This document shows, piece by piece, positions 54,879-63,125 of a stretch of DNA of 64,000 nucleotides. This DNA is from a virus. Position numbers and translations under genes: made by a program. The stretch's first letter is position 1. The number at the start of each line of letters is the position of its first letter. The stretch is taken from the IMG/VR virus record IMGVR_UViG_3300006141_000001; one strand, written 5' to 3'. The notes beneath the pieces were generated by a model that was given only the letters and a program-made list of their open reading frames with translations, ran no database searches and had not been told where the DNA came from.

Positions 54879-55334
54879 TCAGATTGATAGCGGGTGTTTC
54901 TTCTGTCCAAGAATTTTTAATTCTACACTTACACCCTTCATGCTCGCAGCCAATATAGTCGTCCTGTCATGGACTCTCCTATAAGCATCCAGGCCTTCTT
55001 TAGACATATGCTCTTTTGGAGCATGTTCCAGAACATCGTAACCTTTCTGCATTTCTTTGAACCCACGCTTATAATGTTTTAAGGAATGATCCACATACTC
55101 ATCAGGATTAACCAACCTATAACCGTCTCCGATAATACTCTCCATCGTTTTGCGATATTTTTTCAAAAGAATCTTCTTTGCTTTCGAAATTTCAGATGAG
55201 TATCTATTTGATGGATATTCTTCATCAATTATAGAAGCAATTCTTCTATGCGAGATAAATTCTCCATAATTTAACTTACTTAACTCCTCTGCTAAAATCT
55301 CTGATTTCTTCCTGTTTTCAATAATTTCATTCAT
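54879..55334 (-). CDS. hypothetical protein
   Basis: ORF track. Confidence 0.45.
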   Translation of the reverse strand: MNEIIENRKKSEILAEELSKLNYGEFISHRRIASIIDEEYPSNRYSSEISKAKKILLKKYRKTMESIIGDGYRLVNPDEYVDHSLKHYKRGFKEMQKGYDVLEHAPKEHMSKEGLDAYRRVHDRTTILAASMKGVSVELKILGQKKHPLSI

Positions 55335-55361
55335 TTTTATTCTCCTCCTTTTTGAGATATA

Positions 55362-55475
55362 AAATTATTTTTTTGTTTTACTTAGCCTAAAATGCCTAAC
55401 TTAACTTAACATAACTGAACTTAACATAACATAACCCAACTAAACGTAACATAACTCAACTCAAAATGCCTAGCC
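55362..55475. repeat. about 110-nt leader repeat, copy 2
   Basis: See copy 1. It sits directly upstream of the 54879..55334 gene. Confidence 0.75.
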
Positions 55476-55508
55476 AAATCACTCCAAATTTTACTTCAAA
55501 ATATCACT

Positions 55509-56087
55509 CTAATCCAATTCTTCAATTATAGCAACAAACTTCCCATATTTCGGGCGGGAATCACAAAGCCCAACATACTGACCTGCATATTCCATTGCAT
55601 TTACAATAGTATCGAGATCAATTTTTCCTTCATCATAGATAAGGTTAAACTCAATACACCACTGGTCAAATCTGGGTCTTGTCCTAAGTAATCTTGACCG
55701 TTGCACAGTCATAACCCTAGTGTCTCTGTATTCATACTTCTGAATAAGTTCTTCTTTAGTAAGATTTTCTCCATAATTGAAAGGAATGTACAAATTTGTG
55801 ACGTTTACATATTTTTGAATGTCTGTCCCCTTTTTGTTCGCTTTTGCTCCATTTCGGATTGTAGCTTCTACATTTTCGGCTGGAATATATAAGCCTAACC
55901 CATCCTTCCAATATGCACCTGCTTCCCATTCTAAATCTGAAATCTTAACAAGATCTTCATCTGTCTTCTTTTTCTTGCTTGTGTATTTCTTTAACTCCTT
56001 CGCAATAGGATGGAGCTGGTTTACACACTGGCAAGAATGCATGATTAACGGGCTGATACCTTTCCAAGTCACTTTTAAATTTTTCAT
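55509..56087 (-). CDS. hypothetical protein
   Basis: ORF track. Confidence 0.45.
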   Translation of the reverse strand: MKNLKVTWKGISPLIMHSCQCVNQLHPIAKELKKYTSKKKKTDEDLVKISDLEWEAGAYWKDGLGLYIPAENVEATIRNGAKANKKGTDIQKYVNVTNLYIPFNYGENLTKEELIQKYEYRDTRVMTVQRSRLLRTRPRFDQWCIEFNLIYDEGKIDLDTIVNAMEYAGQYVGLCDSRPKYGKFVAIIEELD

Positions 56088-56431
56088 AATATCTCTCCTT
56101 TTTTATATTTATTTATCAACACATTTTCGTGTTAATACCTTCTGGAAACATGAAAATAAACTTTCTATTGCATTTTCAAAACTATTGAGTTACAATATAT
56201 ATTAATGGTAGTCGCCAAACATGCTTTGCTCAATTTTTTTGATACACACCTCTAACAGCGGTGAAATTACAACCATAAAGGAGGTGATGAGACATGGGAT
56301 GCACTATTCCTATGGTGCATGTGCGTGCTTACTGGCGTTTCCGCTTTAATAGGTGGGAATTTGTTCGTAAGCACCTGCGTCATTATCCGGTGAGATAGTG
56401 ATGCATTGACGGCTACCAGAAATATCAATCA

Positions 56432-56620
56432 TTACTTCTTTCTATATTTTACTTCTGTATATTCTTCATATCCTTCTTCCACATCATAATGATGACTAAG
56501 TTGCATAACTTCATCTACTTCCTTTTGGATTTCTTCATCTGTTGTATTGTCATCAACAAAAAATTCGAAATCATAACACCCTAATGGCCTTGCACTTACA
56601 TATCCACTTACTTTCTTCAT
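56432..56620 (-). CDS. hypothetical small acidic protein
   Basis: ORF track. Confidence 0.35.
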   Translation of the reverse strand: MKKVSGYVSARPLGCYDFEFFVDDNTTDEEIQKEVDEVMQLSHHYDVEEGYEEYTEVKYRKK

Positions 56621-56871
56621 TTTTATTCACCATCTTTCCGCTCCTGTCCTTCTACTGACTCAAATGCTATTTACAATAACTATTCCATAAAAATTTGTTT
56701 CCGTAATTGATGAACACTGTATACACTTCAATCCTATAGATTCTTCAAACCAGCAAATTTCTCTTATAAAATCTTCTCGAAATTCCTTTTGATTCTTTTT
56801 GTGTTGTGAATATTGTTTCATCATATTTAACCTATCCTTACTGTCTTTTACAGTTTCTATATTATGTCTTT

Positions 56872-57297
56872 CTATAATAGATATGGGATATTTTCCAAAT
56901 ACTTCTTTTTAAGTTCATCTGTTAATGTTTCACTCTGTAATAAATGATCTTTTATATCTGCCATCTTAACCCAATATGCTTCTGGATAGGTAAGATAATT
57001 AGCCTTTATATTTTCTAAATACTCTTTATATGTTTGGGTTTCTTTATCCCTTGCGACTATTTTTAAACTTTGATATAAATGTGTGTCCCACCTGTTGTCT
57101 TCTGTATCTTTTTCGTAATCAAACTCTGTGTCTTCTAACAAGTCATGCATTATCGCCAATATAACACATGTATCCATACAGCATTCTGGAATCATATTGT
57201 TTTCTGTTACAAGCGCAGTAACTCTCATCGCATGATAAAAAGTCTTTTCTTCATAAAACTTTCTTGCCACTCTAATTGCTTCTTCGATTTTTCCCAT
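56872..57297 (-). CDS. small HD-domain phosphohydrolase (small-alarmone-hydrolase or DatZ-like size class)
   Basis: FYHAMRVTALV...LAIMHDLLEDT (H...HD..ED). Confidence 0.55.
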   Translation of the reverse strand: MGKIEEAIRVARKFYEEKTFYHAMRVTALVTENNMIPECCMDTCVILAIMHDLLEDTEFDYEKDTEDNRWDTHLYQSLKIVARDKETQTYKEYLENIKANYLTYPEAYWVKMADIKDHLLQSETLTDELKKKYLENIPYLL

Positions 57298-57314
57298 TTT
57301 TATCCTCCTTAAGT

Positions 57315-58715
57315 TTAAGCAGCATTTTCTTGTATCTTACAATATTTAATAAAATCTTCTTTCATATGAAGATAATTCTTCTTCTGGTCTTTAAAATATG
57401 TATTATTACTTTTCGCATATTGTTCCATCCATGTATCCAAATTTTTATCTGCTTGATGCGAGTATACAACCATTGCTAATAATGATGGACGGTTTTCATC
57501 TTGCAATAATTTTGAATCACATTTTATTGTCCTATCTTCAAGTTCATCTAAGACATCGTTGTAATAATCAATATCATCTCTGATTGTTTTCTTATCAATC
57601 CCTGTATTTTCTATTAAAAATTCATTAATAGAAATAGTATCCTTTCCATCTTTTTCGTCACAAGGTTCTGTGTCAATCCCTAAAAATTCTCTCATCATTC
57701 CTTCCAACATGTCTAATTTAGCAATAATAACCGTCTTATCCTTTGTTGATTTATCTTTATCTATTTCATCAAATAAAAGATTATTTTTATTCTTTCTACA
57801 ATTCCTTAAATTATTTTTAAACTCTAACAGGAACTGCTCAAACTTTATATCTTCTATTCCATAACGAGTGAATCTGTCAAACAGTGTTAAAAATATAAAA
57901 GAATCTTTACTATTAAAAATAATTTTTGTTTCTTCAGAAATAATTTCTTCCAATCTATGTAAGTTGTTTTCAACTTTTTCAAAATCCTCATCTTTTGCAC
58001 AGTTATTCAAATATTTACATGCTAATTTTGCATTTTTCTTCCAATCATCTAAATAATCAGAACACATGATAGTTTCAGCAATTGTTCTTTCAATAACGCC
58101 TTTTATTTTTTCTATTTCCTTAAAATCGCTTTTTTCTATAAAAAATTTACTATTTGTTATTCTACGAACATTTGGTGCAAAATTATATAAATATGTAAAT
58201 GCTTTCTGATTACTATTCATTGAAATATGGTTGTTATATATTTTTACATATTTAGACAACCTTTTCCTGTCGCAGTTTTCATGAATGACAGTCTCTATTT
58301 GGTATTCATCGAATTTTTTCTTTAACTCATCTGGAAGTTTATCATATGTTTTATTTTTTATATCAAACGTCCCATCCTCCCAATGGATTTTTCCGTCTTC
58401 ACTTATTATTTTCTTCTTATAAACTATCTTAGAATCATCTATCGTAGATGTGATTTTATGGTTTCCATATCTAAATTTATCTAATGCCTTTGTCCTACAT
58501 CCGCCATCTACAATATGTAATTGTGAATCATTTTCTTCTCCAAGTATAATTGGCGGGATATAATCATCTGTCAAAACCGTATAAATTAATTCATTGATCT
58601 GCTCATTCTTCCACGCAAAATCCCTCTGTGTGTCTGCATCATTACATATATCCCCATCTTTTGTCTTTGCCAAATACATATCTAATGTATAAGTCTGTTT
58701 TCTTGGTCTCGCCAT
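57315..58715 (-). CDS. DUF262 (ParB/Srx-fold, GmrSD or DndB-like N-domain) protein
   Basis: TQRDFAW (QR..VW motif) and IVDGGCRTKAL (DGQQR-like). Confidence 0.55.
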   Translation of the reverse strand: MARPRKQTYTLDMYLAKTKDGDICNDADTQRDFAWKNEQINELIYTVLTDDYIPPIILGEENDSQLHIVDGGCRTKALDKFRYGNHKITSTIDDSKIVYKKKIISEDGKIHWEDGTFDIKNKTYDKLPDELKKKFDEYQIETVIHENCDRKRLSKYVKIYNNHISMNSNQKAFTYLYNFAPNVRRITNSKFFIEKSDFKEIEKIKGVIERTIAETIMCSDYLDDWKKNAKLACKYLNNCAKDEDFEKVENNLHRLEEIISEETKIIFNSKDSFIFLTLFDRFTRYGIEDIKFEQFLLEFKNNLRNCRKNKNNLLFDEIDKDKSTKDKTVIIAKLDMLEGMMREFLGIDTEPCDEKDGKDTISINEFLIENTGIDKKTIRDDIDYYNDVLDELEDRTIKCDSKLLQDENRPSLLAMVVYSHQADKNLDTWMEQYAKSNNTYFKDQKKNYLHMKEDFIKYCKIQENAA

Positions 58716-58731
58716 TGATAATTCCTCCCAA

Positions 58732-59406
58732 TTATATTAATTTTGAAATATTCCTATATGAATGTATCGCCAAATAACAATTAGAATATTGCTTTTTGCT
58801 AATACCCAACATTTCTACTATCTCGTGAGGATAATAACCATCTGATATAAGAAATAAAACTTTTTTTTGGCAATCTGAAAGCCCGTCTAAATACAGCTTC
58901 ATTTTGTCGCTATATTCCTCTTTTAAATTTTTTAATATTTCTTCTTCTAAATCAAACTTATCTCGGATTATTTCGCCATATGTAATCCCTTCACCATTTT
59001 TAACTGGCGCATCTAACCGAATGTCTTGTATTGGGACACGTTTGGGTTTCCCATTATTTTCAAATATTATATTCCCATTCTCATCTCTATCTTCTATTTT
59101 CATCTTTCTTTTGTCAGCATTCTGTGTTTTATAAAAATCAGATATAATCCTATTCTTAATGGATTTATACAAAAAACCTCCGAAATCCCCTTTTGATGGA
59201 TCGTAACTGTCCTTTAAGACAATTTCAGAAAACACATCATTAGCAATTGAATAAAAGTGATCCAAATCTTTATCTACAACTCCCCCTATTTTTTTATGCA
59301 ATATCCGATGGACAAGATTATGTAATTCTTTCGCATTTTCAGAATAATAATATTCCATTTTTTCATTATAATATGGATTCCATGCATGTCCCATTTTAAT
59401 ACACAT
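58732..59406 (-). CDS. sigma-70/ECF-like sigma factor (region-4 HTH)
   Basis: C-terminal LSDCQKKVLFLISDGYYPHEIVEMLGISKKQYSN resembles sigma region 4. Confidence 0.5.
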   Translation of the reverse strand: MCIKMGHAWNPYYNEKMEYYYSENAKELHNLVHRILHKKIGGVVDKDLDHFYSIANDVFSEIVLKDSYDPSKGDFGGFLYKSIKNRIISDFYKTQNADKRKMKIEDRDENGNIIFENNGKPKRVPIQDIRLDAPVKNGEGITYGEIIRDKFDLEEEILKNLKEEYSDKMKLYLDGLSDCQKKVLFLISDGYYPHEIVEMLGISKKQYSNCYLAIHSYRNISKLI

Positions 59407-59421
59407 CCAATCTGTTCTTAT

Positions 59422-59655
59422 TTACTTTCTTCTCTTTCCACTATCTCCACTTTTCTTCTTTCGCAATTCTTCTTTCAAAAGTTCCTGAAAATTTTCAGAA
59501 TTATTATAAACTTTGTTATGGCAAATAGGGCATTTACAGTATCTTTTATGTATAATATCCTTACTTTCTCCGCTATTTCCGCTATTGTCTTTTTTCTTTT
59601 TCTCATAGGTTGTCCCAGTTATTCCCATTATCACATTACATCTTCTACACCACAT
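59422..59655 (-). CDS. zinc-ribbon small protein
   Basis: CRRCN...CKCPICHNK. Confidence 0.35.
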   Translation of the reverse strand: MWCRRCNVIMGITGTTYEKKKKDNSGNSGESKDIIHKRYCKCPICHNKVYNNSENFQELLKEELRKKKSGDSGKRRK

Positions 59656-60337
59656 CTTTTTTCACCCCCGAACCCAATATTTCTAATGCTAACTGATAAT
59701 ACTCCGTCCTTCCTTGATATTCTGCATATTTTGCCTTCTCAAGTTCAGCCTTCGTCTTTTCAATTGTAAAGCTGTTATTTATCGCATCCTCCAAAACCTG
59801 GATGTATTTTAGACATTGCTTTATATTCTCATGACTTTCCCTTACACCCAAAAGCATATACCCTATTTTTGCCGCTTTGTGTGCAGGAGGCTTCTTCCCA
59901 TCATTCTTCTTCCTATATTCCTGTATGGCATGTTTCACATCAGACTCTGCCGAATCACACTTCGACAACCCTATATTTAGTTTTTCTTTATATATTTTCA
60001 ACTGATTCATATCCCATCCAGCAAGATTGGTAATCTTTTCCGCCTCACCATAAATCTCTCCAATAATAGACTTATCAAATTCAACGTCATTTGCACCAGT
60101 ATAAATTCCTTTATTACCTTTGTAATTTTGTGACATTTCTGCCACTTTCCCAGTGTCTTGGTCAACCATATAATAACTTTTGATCCACGACATTCTTTTA
60201 CTTTTATTCTTCAACAAATTCCTTGCTTGTTTGAAGGTAAATTTTTTCGCCATCGCAGGTGAAGAAGTGCTGATATACACACCATTCGAAACCGGATTCT
60301 CCATAATATAATTCTTTCCGTCTGTAAGAATAAACAT
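59645..60337 (-). CDS. hypothetical protein
   Basis: ORF track. Confidence 0.45.
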   Translation of the reverse strand: MFILTDGKNYIMENPVSNGVYISTSSPAMAKKFTFKQARNLLKNKSKRMSWIKSYYMVDQDTGKVAEMSQNYKGNKGIYTGANDVEFDKSIIGEIYGEAEKITNLAGWDMNQLKIYKEKLNIGLSKCDSAESDVKHAIQEYRKKNDGKKPPAHKAAKIGYMLLGVRESHENIKQCLKYIQVLEDAINNSFTIEKTKAELEKAKYAEYQGRTEYYQLALEILGSGVKKDVV

Positions 60338-60588
60338 AATTTAAAACTCCTTTCATAATATATTTCACCAATTCATGGTGGTCATTATATAGTCTTCAAG
60401 ATTATTTGAGAATTACTTCGCAAAAACACAAAACACATTTTTTTAAAAAACGGTGATATGTACAAAAAATGTAAAAATGAGTACAAAAATTGCATATATG
60501 ACATATAAGCCTATATATGCATACACTTTTCCCCTTATTTTTATGGCAATTAAACCAATGCTTCATCTAATGAAACACTGATTTAATT

Positions 60589-60669
60589 ACGTAGGTTCCT
60601 TTGGGATTCGAACCAAAACTTATCGTTTATGAGGCGATTGGTCTGACCGTTGAACTAGGAGCCTACGCA
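60589..60669 (-). tRNA. tRNA-like element (CAT anticodon-loop-like). Non-canonical and possibly degenerate.
   Basis: Minus strand: acceptor GCGTAGG / CCTACGT (7 bp, one G-U), T-loop signature TTTGG-TTCGAAT-CCCAA, and a CTCATAA loop flanked by ATCG/CGAT. The D-arm and the T-stem to acceptor junction do not fit a standard cloverleaf. Confidence 0.3.
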
Positions 60670-60938
60670 TTATTAAGTTTTTCTCGTGTAGGAAAATTTT
60701 ATAGAATTGCCAAAAACACTTGACTGTTTAGAAAAAAACAAGTACAATACAAGCGTGAGCAATTCTGCTCAAAATTCGTTTAAGGCCTGTCCAATCAAAG
60801 GTGCGCCAACACTGTTTGTATGATTTGGATAGGTCTTTTTATTTTCATTTCCTATCAACAAAACACATTATAGAACAACTGTTTGTATTTGTCAAGCATT
60901 TTACCGAACAAATATTCGACAATTTATCCCATAATATT

Positions 60939-61265
60939 TTATTCTAATTGAGGAACAATTATCATGTCATGTTTTTCTCCCTTCTTTATTATATTAAAAA
61001 TATCTTTTTGGGTATGAGTATACATCGACAATGTTGATATCGGATCTTCGTCAATATCCTTATTTAGCACAAACGTCTTTGTTCTGTCTACTAGATTCAT
61101 TCCCCCAGCATAATCCATTCTCCTTCTCCCCAGAAACGATTCGTTTTCCAAATCATATGATATTAAAAGAAACGTATCCGAATCGCTACTCTGTTTTAAA
61201 ACCTTTAAGTTCTCTTCCATAATTTGTATAGCCGTCTTCTTACTTACTCTCATCAATTTAGCCAT
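60939..61265 (-). CDS. hypothetical protein, possible partner of the MazF-like gene
   Basis: 8-nt overlap with the upstream MazF-like ORF. Confidence 0.4.
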   Translation of the reverse strand: MAKLMRVSKKTAIQIMEENLKVLKQSSDSDTFLLISYDLENESFLGRRRMDYAGGMNLVDRTKTFVLNKDIDEDPISTLSMYTHTQKDIFNIIKKGEKHDMIIVPQLE

Positions 61266-61665
61266 AACTATACTCTCCTAACATTAATTCTTTTAAGTCA
61301 TCATCATCATTTCCATAAGCTGCGCTGTGTATAAAGCATTTAAAAATATTCCTTTGTACATTCCGATCGGAGATATGCCCAATTTTTTTCACATTTTCTT
61401 TATCTATTGCTGTAATCTGTTCAGCTAATAACATTGAGTCTGTTCTAAGTCCATTTTTCCGATCACTTTTCACCAGCATATGTGTCGGCTGGTTTATCTT
61501 TTTTATTCTTGACGTTAGTGGGATCGCTAACAATGTTGGAGAATACTTATTCCCTATGTTATTCTGTATGATAATTCCTGGTCGGTATCCAGATTGTTTG
61601 GAGGAGCCATCACTATCTGGAAATATTCCGTACACCACATCATACTTGTTAAAACTGTTCATCAT
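61258..61665 (-). CDS. PemK/MazF-family endoribonuclease-like protein
   Basis: GYRPGIIIQNN...PTLLAIPLTSRIKKINQPTHMLV (MazF fold signature RP..V...........P.T). Confidence 0.6.
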   Translation of the reverse strand: MMNSFNKYDVVYGIFPDSDGSSKQSGYRPGIIIQNNIGNKYSPTLLAIPLTSRIKKINQPTHMLVKSDRKNGLRTDSMLLAEQITAIDKENVKKIGHISDRNVQRNIFKCFIHSAAYGNDDDDLKELMLGEYSYG

Positions 61666-61721
61666 TTTGTGATACCTCCTTCCTTATGTATCTTACTTTT
61701 TACATCATATCATATACAATA

Positions 61722-61784
61722 CGTATTGTCAACAATATTATCTCATGAAATACGTATTGTTAACAATATTATTGCAAAGAATAC
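61722..61784. promoter_or_regulatory. tandem palindromic operator-like sites in a divergent promoter region
   Basis: ACAATACGTATTGTCAACAATATTAT and AAATACGTATTGTTAACAATATTAT. Each holds the perfect palindromes ACAATACGTATTGT and TTGT(C/T)AACAA. Confidence 0.6.
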
Positions 61785-61829
61785 ATATTTCTGGTAATAT
61801 ATATCTATAAACCATGAAAGGATGAGGAT

Positions 61830-62042
61830 ATGATTGTAAAATTACGTGAAGTCATAAAAAAAAATAATGTATCTATTTACTGGTTAAGCAAGCAAACTGG
61901 AATTACCACTGCCACTATATCTAAACTTTGCAACCAGAAAACAAGCGGGATCCGATTTTACGTGCTTGACAAAATATGCGATGCTCTAAATTGTGAAGTA
62001 TCAGATATTTTAGAGCGTGAAAATGGCGATACTGTAAAATAA
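61830..62042 (+). CDS. XRE-family HTH transcriptional regulator (Cro/CI-like)
   Basis: LSKQTGITTATISKLCN (HTH) and LDKICDALNCEVSDIL. This is the only clear plus-strand gene. RBS AAAGGATGAGG. Confidence 0.7.
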   Translation: MIVKLREVIKKNNVSIYWLSKQTGITTATISKLCNQKTSGIRFYVLDKICDALNCEVSDILERENGDTVK

Positions 62043-62065
62043 GTATCGCCTTACATATCCAACCT

Positions 62066-62620
62066 CTATTTAATTCCTTCAAATATCTCTCCTAAAGTCA
62101 TTTTAATATGCGAAAATGATTTTAAGCAGATTATTTCATCCGCATTGTACTCATCATCTTCTTTGTCATCCTGGAGCATATAACTATGCTCTAATACATA
62201 TTTCCCATCCACCAAATAGTAAACCTCTACCGATCCTTGAGGAGAGACAATCCAATATTCCTCCACCCCAGCATTCTCATAAAATTCTTTCTTTTCTGTC
62301 TTGTCTTTCTTTGCAGTGGACGGGCTTAGAGTTTCCACAATGAATTTAGGGATTCCGCTATAGCTTCCTCCCTTCAAATGTTTACGGTCACAAATCACCA
62401 TAATATCTGGGCAGACATAATCATCATTTACATCTGGCCTAAATTTAAAATCCAAATTTTCCATAAACACCAGACATAGGCTATTTTTCAACCCAGTCGC
62501 TATAATCCTATGGATATTACTATTGATGATTCCATGTTTAAAATCTGGGGCAGGCGACATATCATAAATGACACCATTAATTTTTTCATCTTTTTTTCTT
62601 TCAAATTCTGCTAAACCCAT
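62066..62620 (-). CDS. Uma2-family (DUF820) PD-(D/E)xK endonuclease-like protein
   Basis: CPDIMVIC...IVETLSPST...GVEEYWIV. Confidence 0.65.
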   Translation of the reverse strand: MGLAEFERKKDEKINGVIYDMSPAPDFKHGIINSNIHRIIATGLKNSLCLVFMENLDFKFRPDVNDDYVCPDIMVICDRKHLKGGSYSGIPKFIVETLSPSTAKKDKTEKKEFYENAGVEEYWIVSPQGSVEVYYLVDGKYVLEHSYMLQDDKEDDEYNADEIICLKSFSHIKMTLGEIFEGIK

Positions 62621-62695
62621 ATTATCACATCCTTTCTTTTTTAAATTATAACAAATTTATTTTATTTCTACAACACATAGATTGATTTATTTCTA

Positions 62696-63046
62696 TTATA
62701 TAGGAATTGTACCAGAATATAATTTTTCTTCTTTTAATATCCTTAAAGAATCTATTTGCCTCTTATTCAAATTATCTCCAATGAAAAAATTGTTCCAAAC
62801 GGCACATGCTCCACTAATATAACAAAGCCATTCCATGAAAGCAAAGATATATTCACGTGGGCACATGTCATTTAACTCTTCTCTTGTAACACCTAATTTA
62901 TCACATGCAAGTGTGATGAGTTTTTCTTGATGCGATGGAACTGCATACATAACTTTGCCATTTTCATCTATTATAACTTCTAAATAATTTATGAAAGTTT
63001 CTTTATGTTTTTCTACTGAAAAATCTGAATGTACGTTATATTCCAT
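62696..63046 (-). CDS. hypothetical protein
   Basis: ORF track. Confidence 0.4.
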   Translation of the reverse strand: MEYNVHSDFSVEKHKETFINYLEVIIDENGKVMYAVPSHQEKLITLACDKLGVTREELNDMCPREYIFAFMEWLCYISGACAVWNNFFIGDNLNKRQIDSLRILKEEKLYSGTIPI

Positions 63047-63125
63047 TTTAGTCTCCTTTTTATATACATCTTATTTAATCTGGCCAGCAAATAAAGCTGA
63101 TGCTGGCCATCCACATTTTACATAA

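Noticed and set aside
60589-60669. Calling a canonical tRNA-Met gene.
   Set aside because: The acceptor and T-loop are good, but no D-stem can be paired. Five extra nucleotides separate the T-stem from the acceptor, and the anticodon-stem closing pair is C:A. I therefore reported it only as tRNA-like.
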